A stretch of DNA of 18,994 bases from assembly GCA_024277355.1 (NCBI GenBank), contig JAJRVL010000003.1, positions 1-18,994 on the forward strand, written 5' to 3'. The position numbers and the translations under genes were made by a program. The stretch is from an archaeon (lineage in GTDB: Archaea > Iainarchaeota > Iainarchaeia > Iainarchaeales > 1-14-0-10-31-34). Shown piece by piece: positions 1 through 8,634 of this stretch. Below the pieces are notes generated by a model, which was given only the letters and a program-made list of their open reading frames with translations, was not told the DNA's origin and ran no database searches. Numbering within the stretch: position 1 is the first letter of the stretch; each line of letters begins with the position of its first letter.

Positions 1-1
1 A

Positions 2-1597
2 ACTTCTTTAATTCAAAAATGGATTAACACTCCATCCACAAACCACGGACTAACACTAATGTACAACAACTACGACGGAACAGGAAACATAGCCTTCTAC
101 TCAAAAGAAGAAACAACAGTTTCAAACAGACCAAAACTCTATGTTACTTATTCTTCAAATTTATTTAAAGGAGTTATTCCAATGAATTCAGGAAATCCTT
201 TTTATACAATAAATCAAAATCCAATTACTTGTCTTGACATGAATACAGGAGACACTTGTGTTAATACCTGGCAGGTTATGCCTACTGGAAATCTTAATGG
301 AAAATACAGTTTTTTTGTTGATTATGTTCCAACAAATGCAGGGATTGCTTCAAGACAAACTCAAGATATTAATATTACAATTTCTTCTATAGAAAACTGT
401 TCTGACAATGACTTAGATGGATTTAATGGATTTGATGCAGAATTTTGTTCTGCTGGAACAGACTGTCAGGATTTAAATCCAAGTGTGAATCCTGCTCAAA
501 TTGAAATATGTGGAAACGGAATAGATGACAACTGCAATAATGAAATAGATGAAAGTTGTACGCCTTGTGTAGAAAACTGGGATTGTTCTGATTGGGGAGA
601 ATGCAGTTCAGGTTATCCTCCTTTTGTTTTTGAATGGGATTTTGAAGGAAATGGAGTAATTGATGCTACAACAAATTCTCCAGATAACAGTATTACTCAC
701 ACTTACCTAACAGGAGATTATAATCCAATAATAAAAGTAATTGATGTTATAACAGAAGAAGCAACAGATACAAAAAATTTAATTGTTGCTTCTTCTTCAG
801 GGAATATTCCTCCAGTAGCTGATGCAGGAGGCCCCTATAATGTTATTCCAGGAGAAAACATTATTTTAGATGCAAGTGCAAGTTATGATTCAGACGGAAC
901 AATAGATCAGTATAGATGGAAGATAACTGACAGAATTGGAACTCCTGATTGCAATCCAAAAAACAGTGTAAACACTACTTCAACACAAGTAATTGTATGC
1001 AATGCAATTGGAACAGCAGACGTAAATTTAACTGTAAGAGATAATGGTTCTCCTAACAGAGAATGGAATACAAATTTTACTGAAATAAAAGTTAAAGAAA
1101 TTCAAACATCAGATTTAATTAATATAGTTAAAATGACTATAGAACCAGAAATAGTTAAAGCAGGAAACAGCATTCAGATAATGACAAGAATTAGAAGTGC
1201 AACAAATGCTCCTCAAGATTTTAATATTTATTATTCAGTTAAATTAAATCAGGCAGACACAAATATTTCTGCTTTGTCTGAATTAATTACAGTTGAATTA
1301 ACAAACCAAAATATTAATGCATTTGAACAAATGGATTATATTATTACAATAACTAATATTCAGTTAAGTGCATTGCAGACAGGAGAAAACTACTGGGTTT
1401 ATGCAACAGCAGAAACTTCTAATACTGAAACAAATCAGACATTTAATACAAGAAGAGCAACTTTTAGTTTAAATGAAAACAGAATTGGAGAAATTCAACT
1501 GCCTGAAACAAATTTTATTTCATTAATAATTGTTGTTTTTTCTGTAATAATGCTTTTAACAAAAAAACAAACAATTAAAAAAATAAAAAAACAATAA
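2..1597 (+). CDS. Secreted/surface multidomain protein, 5'-truncated by the window: end of a DNRLRE/CBM96-like domain, MopE-like Cys/Asp-rich segment, PKD-like domains, C-terminal TM anchor
   Basis: Frame is open from base 2: TSLIQKWINTPSTNHGLTL then MYNNYDG...NRPKLYVTYS, which matches the end of DNRLRE-type domains. Followed by DNDLDGFNGFDAEFCSAGTDCQDLNPSVNPAQIEICGNGIDDNCNNEIDESC, then two PKD-like blocks (FEWDFEGNG; PVADAGGPYNVIPGENIILDASASYDSDGTI). Ends with a hydrophobic helix and Lys-rich tail. Confidence 0.8.
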   Translation, partial: TSLIQKWINTPSTNHGLTLMYNNYDGTGNIAFYSKEETTVSNRPKLYVTYSSNLFKGVIPMNSGNPFYTINQNPITCLDMNTGDTCVNTWQVMPTGNLNGKYSFFVDYVPTNAGIASRQTQDINITISSIENCSDNDLDGFNGFDAEFCSAGTDCQDLNPSVNPAQIEICGNGIDDNCNNEIDESCTPCVENWDCSDWGECSSGYPPFVFEWDFEGNGVIDATTNSPDNSITHTYLTGDYNPIIKVIDVITEEATDTKNLIVASSSGNIPPVADAGGPYNVIPGENIILDASASYDSDGTIDQYRWKITDRIGTPDCNPKNSVNTTSTQVIVCNAIGTADVNLTVRDNGSPNREWNTNFTEIKVKEIQTSDLINIVKMTIEPEIVKAGNSIQIMTRIRSATNAPQDFNIYYSVKLNQADTNISALSELITVELTNQNINAFEQMDYIITITNIQLSALQTGENYWVYATAETSNTETNQTFNTRRATFSLNENRIGEIQLPETNFISLIIVVFSVIMLLTKKQTIKKIKKQ

Positions 1598-1617
1598 ACT
1601 ATAAAAAAAGTGAAAAA

Positions 1618-2601
1618 ATGGAATTTAATTTAACAAAAAAAAATATTGTTTTTATTGCATTGATTTCTTTAAGCATACTTATCTGGACTTATTTTTTGAA
1701 TTCAACTGACTTAATAATAACAGAAATGCTTAATTTAGGAGAAATGGGAAATATTATTTTAAAATTAAATACAAGTAATTTCTTTTTGTTTTTAGTTTCT
1801 TTTCCTTTAACTATTGCATTAATTGTAATCCAAACAAAACTTGAAGAAAAAAGAATTAATTCATTTATTGTTTCAATTGGAGGAAGCTTAATTGGATTAA
1901 GTTTAGCATTAATTTTATTTTCAAATATGCAGGAATATTTGTTAATTGGAATATTTTATTTAATTGGAATAATTTTAACAACAGAATTAATTAATGTAAA
2001 AAAACTTGAATTAAAAAAATATGTTTCATTTAGATTACTTGGAACAGGAAACCAAAAAACAACAACAATAATTGCATTAGGATTATTTTTATTTGTAGCA
2101 ATGACAGTTTATGACAACAAAGAAATGTATTCAGAACAAATTGATAACCAATTACTTGAATTAGCAGGCGGAAATGATGCAAAAGACCAATTAAGTGATT
2201 ATGCTGCAGATTTATTAATTGAATCACATAAACAGACAGCAAAACAAATTACTTCTCTTCCAACATTTGATGCATTAGGAACTTCAATCGACCCAAATGC
2301 AGTTGCATTTCACACTGGACTATTAGAATTAACTGATTCAGTTAATTCTCCTGAATACAGAGAACAAATAAAACAAGAAATAGCAAAACAATCAGATGTA
2401 TCAGATGACCAATTAAAAGATGTATTAACAACCGTTAAACAACAAATGCCTTTATTTGGAATAATGACAGACTTATTATGGTTAATTGAAGGCTTTGCTT
2501 TTTTCTCTGCTTTTCTTTTAATTTCAAATACTATTTTTTATATTTTAACAGCAATTTATGGTTTAATAATAGAACAAATATTTAAGATAGCTGTAAAATA
2601 A
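1618..2601 (+). CDS. Predicted multi-TM membrane protein of unknown function
   Basis: 327-aa ORF, gtga SD-like motif upstream, several hydrophobic helices at both ends. Begins 20 nt after the preceding gene. Confidence 0.75.
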   Translation: MEFNLTKKNIVFIALISLSILIWTYFLNSTDLIITEMLNLGEMGNIILKLNTSNFFLFLVSFPLTIALIVIQTKLEEKRINSFIVSIGGSLIGLSLALILFSNMQEYLLIGIFYLIGIILTTELINVKKLELKKYVSFRLLGTGNQKTTTIIALGLFLFVAMTVYDNKEMYSEQIDNQLLELAGGNDAKDQLSDYAADLLIESHKQTAKQITSLPTFDALGTSIDPNAVAFHTGLLELTDSVNSPEYREQIKQEIAKQSDVSDDQLKDVLTTVKQQMPLFGIMTDLLWLIEGFAFFSAFLLISNTIFYILTAIYGLIIEQIFKIAVK

Positions 2602-2632
2602 AAACAATTCTGTTTACTATTTTATTGGTTGC

Positions 2633-2807
2633 GGCCTCATAGTGTAATGGATTAGCATAGTTGCTTGCGGAAACCGCTTCCGTGCGGTTGGAACGGTGCA
2701 CGACATAAAGTCGTGATAGCGCCACTTTATGTGGCGCACGGGTGTCAACTGACAGTGGCAATTGTTGTAAACAGCAACAGGACAGGGTTCAATTCCCCGT
2801 GAGGCTG
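2633..2807 (+). tRNA. tRNA-Arg(GCG) with a ~102-nt intron (2671-2772) after position 37
   Basis: Acceptor ggcctca/tgaggct, D arm GTGT-AATGGATTA-GCAT, anticodon stem gttgc/gcaac, loop TTGCGG|A, T arm caggg-TTCAATT-ccccg. BHB: UUGC pairs with GUAA (2767-2770), 3-nt bulges GG|A and AC|A, and AAC/GTT h' helix. Confidence 0.87.
2671..2772 (+). other. Archaeal BHB-type tRNA intron in tRNA-Arg
   Basis: Lies between G37 and A38. Contains hairpins 2672-2677/2684-2689, 2699-2704/2710-2715, 2719-2725/2731-2737 and 2743-2746/2751-2754. Confidence 0.82.
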
Positions 2808-2839
2808 TTAATAAATTAAATATTTTTTGAGGTGAAAAA

Positions 2840-3163
2840 ATGAAAGTAGGAATTGTAATTAGTACAAATTAACCAGAAACAGTCTGGAATGCTTTTAGAT
2901 TTGGGATTACAGCATTAACTTCCAGTCATAAAGTAAAAGTATTTTTAATGAACAAAGGAGTAGAAATAGAAGACATTAAAAACGAAAAATACAATGTAAA
3001 AGAACAAGCTGATTTATTCATTGAAAATAAAGGACAAATATTAGCCTGCGGAACCTGCTTAAAATCAAGACAAAAACAAAGCAGCAATGTTTGTCCAATT
3101 TCAACTATGACAGAATTATTAAAATTAGTTGAAGAATCAGATAAAATTTTAAGTTTTGGTTAA
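2840..3163 (+). pseudogene. DsrE-family protein interrupted by an in-frame TAA (or assembly error)
   Basis: From ATG 2840: MKVGIVISTN*PETVWNAFRFGITALTSSHKVKVFLMNKGVEIEDIKNEKYNVKEQADLFIENKGQILACGTCLKSRQKQSS... TAA at 2870-2872; same frame continues to the 3163 stop. SD-like gaggtga upstream. Confidence 0.75.
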
Positions 3164-3330
3164 TGTGTTTTAAAACAAAAACTATTTAATAACTACATAA
3201 CTTAATTATTATTGATTGAAATGAACAGTGAGTGTATTCACAACAAACCAGTATTCTAAAGCTAATTTACTTATTTATCAGAATGCATTTCAAATAAAAA
3301 TTTATTCTAACTTAAAATTCATTCTATCAT

Positions 3331-3402
3331 GGCTGACGTAGTGTAGCGGTAGCATAAGAGCCTGTGGAGCTCTTGGGTCGGGTCCGAATCCCGGCGTCGG
3401 CC
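3331..3402 (+). tRNA. tRNA-His(GTG)
   Basis: Encoded G-1 (3331) opposite C73 (3402). Acceptor gctgacg/cgtcggc, anticodon arm AGAGC-CTGTGGA-GCTCT, T arm tcggg-TCCGAAT-cccgg. Confidence 0.95.
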
Positions 3403-3427
3403 TAAAACTTTTTAAAAAAAAGTTTTA
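3403..3427 (+). repeat. Perfect 11-bp inverted repeat TAAAACTTTTT-AAA-AAAAAGTTTTA
   Basis: Directly readable immediately after tRNA-His. Confidence 0.7.
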
Positions 3428-3470
3428 TCAAAAAAAGGAACTCTTACGAGTTCAAAAAAAGTGATTTAAA

Positions 3471-4760
3471 ATGGAATTAATACAACCAAAAGGAACAAGG
3501 GATTTTCTGCCAGAAAAACAAATACAAAAGCAGGAAATTACAGAGAAAATAAAGCAAGTATTTGAATTATACGGCTATTCTCCAATAGAAACACCTGTAT
3601 TTGAAAGATTTGAGGTTATTTCATCTAAATATGCAGGCGGAGAAGAAATATTAAAAGAAACTTTTTCTTTTGAAGACCAAGGCAAAAGAAAATTAGGATT
3701 AAAATACGATTTAACTGTTCCTTTAGCAAGAGTAATTGCAATGAATCCTGCTTTAAAAATGCCGTTTAAAAGATATCAGATTGAAAGAGTTTTTAGAGAT
3801 GGACCAACAACAACTTCAAGATACAGAGAATTTTATCAATGCGATGTAGACATAATTGGAACAGAAAAAATGTCAGCTGAAGCAGAATTAATGAAAATTG
3901 CATCAAAAGTATTTGAAAAACTAAATTTAGAAGTTGAAATCAAATTAAACAACAGAAAATTATTAAATGGTTTAATGGAAGAAATTGGAATCAAAAAAGA
4001 AAAAATAAATTCTGTTTTATCAGCAATAGACAAATTAGACAAAATAGAAAAAAAAGAAATAGAAAAAGAACTGAAAAACAAAGGCATTGAAGAAGAAACA
4101 ATTAAAAAAATATTTGAATTAATTGAAATAAAAGGAAACAATAAAGAAATATTAGAAAAACTGGAAAAAAAAGTTTCTTCAGAAGAAGGAAAACAAGGCA
4201 TTAAAGAATTAAAAGAAATTTTAGATTTAACAAAACAATACAAAATAAATAACTTATACATAAATATTAGTCTTGTTCGCGGCTTAAGCTATTACACAGG
4301 CCCAATTTTTGAAGTTTTATTAAAAAAAGGAAAAATAAAAAGTTCTGTTTGCGGCGGCGGAAGATATGACAAAATGATTGGATTAATTTCAGGAAAAAAA
4401 GATTTTCCAGCTGTTGGAATTTCTTTTGGTTTGGAAAGAATTTTAGATGAATTAAATGAAACAGAAAAAACAAAAAAAACAGTAACTGAAATTTTTGTTA
4501 TTCCGATTAACATTGAAAAAAATGCAATTGAATTAAGCGAAAAAATCAGAAGCATTGGAATTAAAACAGAAATTGATTTAATGAACAGAAGTATTTCAAA
4601 AAATCTAGATTTTGCTTCAAAACAAAGAATTCCTTTTGTTGTTGTTTTAGGAGAAAAAGAAATCAAAGCAGAAGAATTTTCCCTGAAAAACATGGAAAGT
4701 GGAAAAGAAATTAAAGTAAAGATTTCTGAATTAGAGAAATTAAAAGAATTAGTTAAATAA
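3471..4760 (+). CDS. hisS: Histidyl-tRNA synthetase
   Basis: QPKGTRDFLPE N-terminus, class II motif 2 FRDG...RYREFYQCDVDIIG, HisA motifs LVRGLSYYTGPIFEV and CGGGRYD, motif 3 GISFGLERI. Confidence 0.97.
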   Translation: MELIQPKGTRDFLPEKQIQKQEITEKIKQVFELYGYSPIETPVFERFEVISSKYAGGEEILKETFSFEDQGKRKLGLKYDLTVPLARVIAMNPALKMPFKRYQIERVFRDGPTTTSRYREFYQCDVDIIGTEKMSAEAELMKIASKVFEKLNLEVEIKLNNRKLLNGLMEEIGIKKEKINSVLSAIDKLDKIEKKEIEKELKNKGIEEETIKKIFELIEIKGNNKEILEKLEKKVSSEEGKQGIKELKEILDLTKQYKINNLYINISLVRGLSYYTGPIFEVLLKKGKIKSSVCGGGRYDKMIGLISGKKDFPAVGISFGLERILDELNETEKTKKTVTEIFVIPINIEKNAIELSEKIRSIGIKTEIDLMNRSISKNLDFASKQRIPFVVVLGEKEIKAEEFSLKNMESGKEIKVKISELEKLKELVK

Positions 4761-4802
4761 ATTAGCTTATAAACTTTTTTTTACTAAATTTTTTCTTTTG
4801 CC

Positions 4803-4874
4803 GCCTCTGTAGCTCAGTGGTAGAGCGTTACATTGGTAATGTAAAGGTCGCGAGTTCAATCCTCGCCAGAGGCT
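4803..4874 (+). tRNA. tRNA-Thr(GGT)
   Basis: Acceptor gcctctg/cagaggc, anticodon arm TTACA-TTGGTAA-TGTAA, T arm gcgag-TTCAATC-ctcgc, U73. Confidence 0.95.
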
Positions 4875-4907
4875 TAAAAAAAGAAAAAAAGCCCTTTTTA
4901 AGGGCAT

Positions 4908-6173
4908 TCAAATTTTTGTATATGCAGGCAAATCCAATAAACCATGTCCTGAAAAATTAAAGACAATTGTTTTTTCTTCTTTGTTTTGTTTTGCTTTTAA
5001 TGCTGAATCAATTACTGCTTTTATTGCATGGGCTGTTTCAGGAGCAGGAATTATTCCTTCCGAATTAACAAAAATTTTTGCTGCTTCAAAAGTTTGTTCC
5101 TGAGAATATGCTTTTGCTTTAATTAAATCCAGATTTTTCAGCAAGGAAACAATTGGAGAATCACCATGATATCTTAATCCTCCTGCATGAATTGGTTCAG
5201 GAATAAAATCACTTCCTAAAGAATGCATTTTAATTAAAGGAGTCATTTTTCCTGTGTCGCCGAAATCATATTTGTATTTTCCTTTAGTTAAAGTCGGAAC
5301 TGCTTTAGGTTCAACTGCAATAATTTCAGTTTCTTTTCCTTTTAGTTTATCTTTAATAAAAGGAAAAATTAATCCTGCAAAATTGCTTCCACCTCCAACA
5401 CAGCCAATTAAAACATCTGCATTTTTGTCAATTGATTCAAGCTGTTTTTTTGTCTCTAAGCCAATTATTGTTTGATGCAATAATACATGATTTAACACTG
5501 ATCCAATAGAATAAAATGTTTTTTCATTTGTTGCTGCTTTTTCTATTGCTTCGCTGATTGCAGTCCCTAATGAACCATTGAAATTCTTTTTTTCTTTTAG
5601 CATTTGCTTCCCTATTATTGTGTTTTCAGAAGGAGAAGGAAAAACTTCTGCTCCAAACAAATTCATTAAAATTTTTCTGTAAGGCTTTTGTTCAAAAGAA
5701 TTTCTAACCATGTAAACTTCTGCATTTAGTTCATTAAACATTGCTGCAAGAGAAACAGCTGAACCCCATTGTCCTGCACCTGTTTCAGTTGAAACATTTT
5801 CAAATCCTTGTTTTTTTGCATAAAAAGCCTGCGCCAAAGCAGTGTTAGGTTTATGCGAACCTACTGGGCTTAAGTCTTCTCTTTTATAATAAATTTCAAT
5901 TCCTTTTGGAAGACTTAATTTTTTTTCTAGTCTTAAAGCCCTGTATAAAGGCCTTGGCCTGCCTAAATGAAAATACTGTTCCCTTAATTCAGCAGGAATT
6001 TTAATAAACGATTCATTACTGAATTCCTGTTTAATGCATTCTTTTGGAAACAATACTTCCAGTTCCTCTGCCTTAACTGCTTCTCTTGTTTTTGGATTTA
6101 AAGGAAAAGGAAGCTGTTCAGGCAAATCAGGCAGAATATTGTAGTAATGCCTTGGAAAATCTTCAGCAAGCAA
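4908..6173 (-). CDS. trpB: Tryptophan synthase beta chain-like, TrpB2 type
   Basis: [19 protein letters not shown] (PLP lysine), [36 protein letters not shown]. The extended N-terminus is typical of TrpB2 rather than TrpB1. Confidence 0.93.
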   Translation of the reverse strand: MLAEDFPRHYYNILPDLPEQLPFPLNPKTREAVKAEELEVLFPKECIKQEFSNESFIKIPAELREQYFHLGRPRPLYRALRLEKKLSLPKGIEIYYKREDLSPVGSHKPNTALAQAFYAKKQGFENVSTETGAGQWGSAVSLAAMFNELNAEVYMVRNSFEQKPYRKILMNLFGAEVFPSPSENTIIGKQMLKEKKNFNGSLGTAISEAIEKAATNEKTFYSIGSVLNHVLLHQTIIGLETKKQLESIDKNADVLIGCVGGGSNFAGLIFPFIKDKLKGKETEIIAVEPKAVPTLTKGKYKYDFGDTGKMTPLIKMHSLGSDFIPEPIHAGGLRYHGDSPIVSLLKNLDLIKAKAYSQEQTFEAAKIFVNSEGIIPAPETAHAIKAVIDSALKAKQNKEEKTIVFNFSGHGLLDLPAYTKI

Positions 6174-6239
6174 ATTTATTACGCCAAAGACAACTCCCTT
6201 CAGTTTCTTTTATTGTTTTTGCTTGTGTAATTTGTTTTT

Positions 6240-6599
6240 TCATTTTTTTACCTCCAATTTATAGTTTATCCTGAATAATTCAAGAACATGATTTGTTGTT
6301 TTGAAAGGAAAAAGTTTTTTGCTTAAAGCGTTTTCAATAACAAGATTTTTATTTATTTTAATTTCTTTTCTTCTTTTCTTTAATTGAATTTTATCTGAAA
6401 AATAGTTCACAAGAAGACAGGGAATTTTTTTTATTCCTAATGCTTTAAATGCTTTAATTCTATGATGGCCATCTAAAATAACATAATTTGAGTTTTCTAT
6501 GATTACAGGAAAAAAAAGAAGTTTATGTTTTTTTATTGAATTAATTACTTTAATTAATTTAGTTTTATTTGTTTTTTCATGCGGCTTAAGAAGCGACAC
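6240..6599 (-). CDS. ParB N-terminal-fold protein, compact SerK/SbnI-like
   Basis: LLKPHE...PVIIENSNYVILDGHHRIKAFKALGIKKIPCLLVNYFSDKIQL...LFPFKTTNHVLEL. Candidate start is GTG (6599-6597); the frame stays open upstream to TAG at 6686-6684, so the true start is uncertain. Confidence 0.75.
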   Translation of the reverse strand: MSLLKPHEKTNKTKLIKVINSIKKHKLLFFPVIIENSNYVILDGHHRIKAFKALGIKKIPCLLVNYFSDKIQLKKRRKEIKINKNLVIENALSKKLFPFKTTNHVLELFRINYKLEVKK

Positions 6600-6785
6600 A
6601 GCAATTAATCCTAAAGAACCAAAAACATTCGCTGGTCTGACAGCTCCCTTCTGAAAAAACTTTTGAAAAAGAGTTATAATTAACTAAAACAGAATTAGAT
6701 TTATTTAATCCAAAGACATTCAACTCTTTTCATAAATAAATTCTAAGTAAAGGTAATTTTAAAGCTTTCGTTAATCCATGATTTA

Positions 6786-7628
6786 ATGTTTCAGTTTTTG
6801 TATGCTTTAATTTCATTTTTTTCATGGGGTTCAGAAGGAATTTTTGATAAAAAATCCATGGAAAAATTAAATCCATATAATGCTTTAAATATAAGATATG
6901 CTTTTGTTTTTATCTGGGTAATTTTAACAACCATAATTTTTTCCGGAATAACTTTGCCTTCTTTTTCTTTAATTCCTTATATTTTGTTTACCTGCTTTAT
7001 TGGAGCAGCTGCAATAATTTTCTTTTTTAAGGCATTAAATGAAATCGGAGTAAGCCTTCCAATAGCAATAGCAAAAAATTATTTTTTAGTTACAATTGTA
7101 ATTTCAATTATTTTTTTTAATGAAACTTTAACTTTAATGCAGATAATTGCTGCTTTAATGATTTTGTCTTCTATTTTTGTTTTATCTTTTGAAAAAAAAG
7201 AAAAAAAAATTATTTTAAGCAAAGGAGTAATTTTTTCTTTATTAACTTTAGTTGGCTGGGGCGCATATTTTGCTTTAATTAAACCAATTGTATTAACCTT
7301 AAATCCATTTAATGCTTCTTTGGTTTTAGAAAGCACTATTTTTTTCATGATTTTAAGTTATTCTTTTTTAACAAAAAAAGAATTAAAATTAAATGAAAAA
7401 AAATCCAATGGTTTTGCTTTTATTGCTTCAATTCTTTTGGTTATTGGTTCAATTTCATATAATTTTTCAATTGAATTAATTGGAGCATCATTAACTGCTG
7501 TTGCTGTTGCACCTACTCCAATTCTTGCTTCAGTTCTTGCAGGAATCTTTTTAAAAGAAAAATTAACTAAAATTAAATATGCTGCAATAATTGTTTCAGT
7601 TATTGGTTTAGCCTTGCTTTTTTTATAA
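6786..7628 (+). CDS. DMT superfamily (EamA-like) transporter
   Basis: About 10 hydrophobic segments. Two EamA-like halves, the second starting LTLVGWGAYFALIKPI and ending APTPILASVLAGIFLKEKLTKIKYAAIIVSVIGLALLFL. Confidence 0.85.
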   Translation: MFQFLYALISFFSWGSEGIFDKKSMEKLNPYNALNIRYAFVFIWVILTTIIFSGITLPSFSLIPYILFTCFIGAAAIIFFFKALNEIGVSLPIAIAKNYFLVTIVISIIFFNETLTLMQIIAALMILSSIFVLSFEKKEKKIILSKGVIFSLLTLVGWGAYFALIKPIVLTLNPFNASLVLESTIFFMILSYSFLTKKELKLNEKKSNGFAFIASILLVIGSISYNFSIELIGASLTAVAVAPTPILASVLAGIFLKEKLTKIKYAAIIVSVIGLALLFL

Positions 7629-7668
7629 ACATTAATTTTAATAACAATAAAAGCATATTATATCTGCT

Positions 7669-8337
7669 ATGATTCCAGAAGACAAAATAGAGCATTTAGT
7701 TGAAAAATACATCAAACATGGACAAACCATTGGAATTGGTTCAAGCGAATTAGGATTAAAGTTTTTAAAAAAAATGGCTTTAAAAAAAGAAATTGAAGGT
7801 TTAGATTTAAAGATTGTTCCAACTTCAGCTGAAATGACTTTAATTTTAAAGCAATTAAATTTAGAAGCAGTTTCTTTAGATGAAAAAGAAGTTGATATAG
7901 CAATAGAATTTGCTGATTTAATTGACTATAATTATAATTACATTAAAAAACAGTCAAAAAGTTTTGTCAGAGACAAAATGATTGCTCAAAGCGCTGAAAC
8001 ATTAATTATTGTTGCAGAAAAAAATAATTTTGTTTCAAAATTATTTGGAATAGTTCCATTTGAAGTTAGTCCTTTTTGGTGGAAGAGAACTAAAATGCAG
8101 TTAGAAAATATGGGGGCTTCAAGAGAAAGAAAACAGGAAAGTTTAACTAAAACTGAATCAGGAAATTATATAATTGATGTTTTAACTGATTCAATTCCTT
8201 CTCCTGAAGAATTTGAATACCAATCAAAAGAAATTCCCGGAATACTGGAAACAGGATTATTTGTTGGTTATGCTGACAGAATAATTTTACATGAAAAAAA
8301 CAAACTTGAAGTTAAAAGCAGAATAGGAAAAAATTGA
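7669..8337 (+). CDS. rpiA: Ribose-5-phosphate isomerase A
   Basis: GQTIGIGSS, VDIAIEFAD (compare DGADE), EVSPFWWKR, ESGNYIIDV, IPGILETGLFVGYADRII. Confidence 0.87.
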   Translation: MIPEDKIEHLVEKYIKHGQTIGIGSSELGLKFLKKMALKKEIEGLDLKIVPTSAEMTLILKQLNLEAVSLDEKEVDIAIEFADLIDYNYNYIKKQSKSFVRDKMIAQSAETLIIVAEKNNFVSKLFGIVPFEVSPFWWKRTKMQLENMGASRERKQESLTKTESGNYIIDVLTDSIPSPEEFEYQSKEIPGILETGLFVGYADRIILHEKNKLEVKSRIGKN

Positions 8338-8387
8338 ATTGTTATACTTTAAATTGTTTTCCTTAAAGAAAATAATACTACTTCTTT

Positions 8388-8462
8388 GCCGGTGTAGCTC
8401 AGCCTGGTTAGAGCGTTCGACTCATAATCGAAAGGTCGAGGGTTCATATCCCTCCACCGGCA
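8388..8462 (+). tRNA. tRNA with CAT anticodon (elongator Met, or Ile2 if lysidine/agmatidine-modified)
   Basis: Acceptor gccggtg/caccggc, anticodon arm TTCGA-CTCATAA-TCGAA, T arm gaggg-TTCATAT-ccctc. Lacks the GGG:CCC anticodon stem of initiators. Confidence 0.93.
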
Positions 8463-8634
8463 TAACGGTTTTGTCCGTTAACACCGACACACGACTTCAC
8501 TTTGTTCAGTCCTGTTGTTTTAAATCTGACAGCTGGATTGAGCAAGAGAGATTTATCTCTCGTTTTCGCAAACCTTTGCTCGCAAAGGTTTAAAGCAAAT
8601 GTCTTATCCCGTGTTAAACCAGCGGAACGGTTTT
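8463..8634 (+). other. Structured, GC-richer tRNA-Met/tRNA-Glu spacer; possible ncRNA
   Basis: Hairpins TAACGG/CCGTTA (8463-8468/8475-8480), GAGAGA/TCTCTC (8546-8551/8556-8561), AAACCTTTGC/GCAAAGGTTT (8570-8579/8582-8591), and long-range TTAACAC/GTGTTAA (8478-8484/8611-8617). Confidence 0.35.

Noticed and set aside
2671-2772. tRNA-Arg intron as a box C/D guide RNA (GTGATAG...CTGA) or group I intron
   Set aside because: C and D boxes are weak and lack a convincing terminal K-turn or C'/D' pair. The intron is too short for group I, and the BHB explains splicing. Kept only as a generic structured intron.
2870-2872. In-frame TAA as a recoded sense codon or selenocysteine/pyrrolysine
   Set aside because: Those use UGA/UAG, and TAA is the normal terminator of many intact genes here, so genome-wide reassignment is excluded.
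3836-4693. Three minus-strand ORFs inside hisS
   Set aside because: Low-complexity F/S/I-rich antisense translations of a well-supported gene.
5254-6274. Plus-strand ORFs 5254..5475 and 6086..6274
   Set aside because: Antisense to the convincing trpB coding sequence. No family signal.
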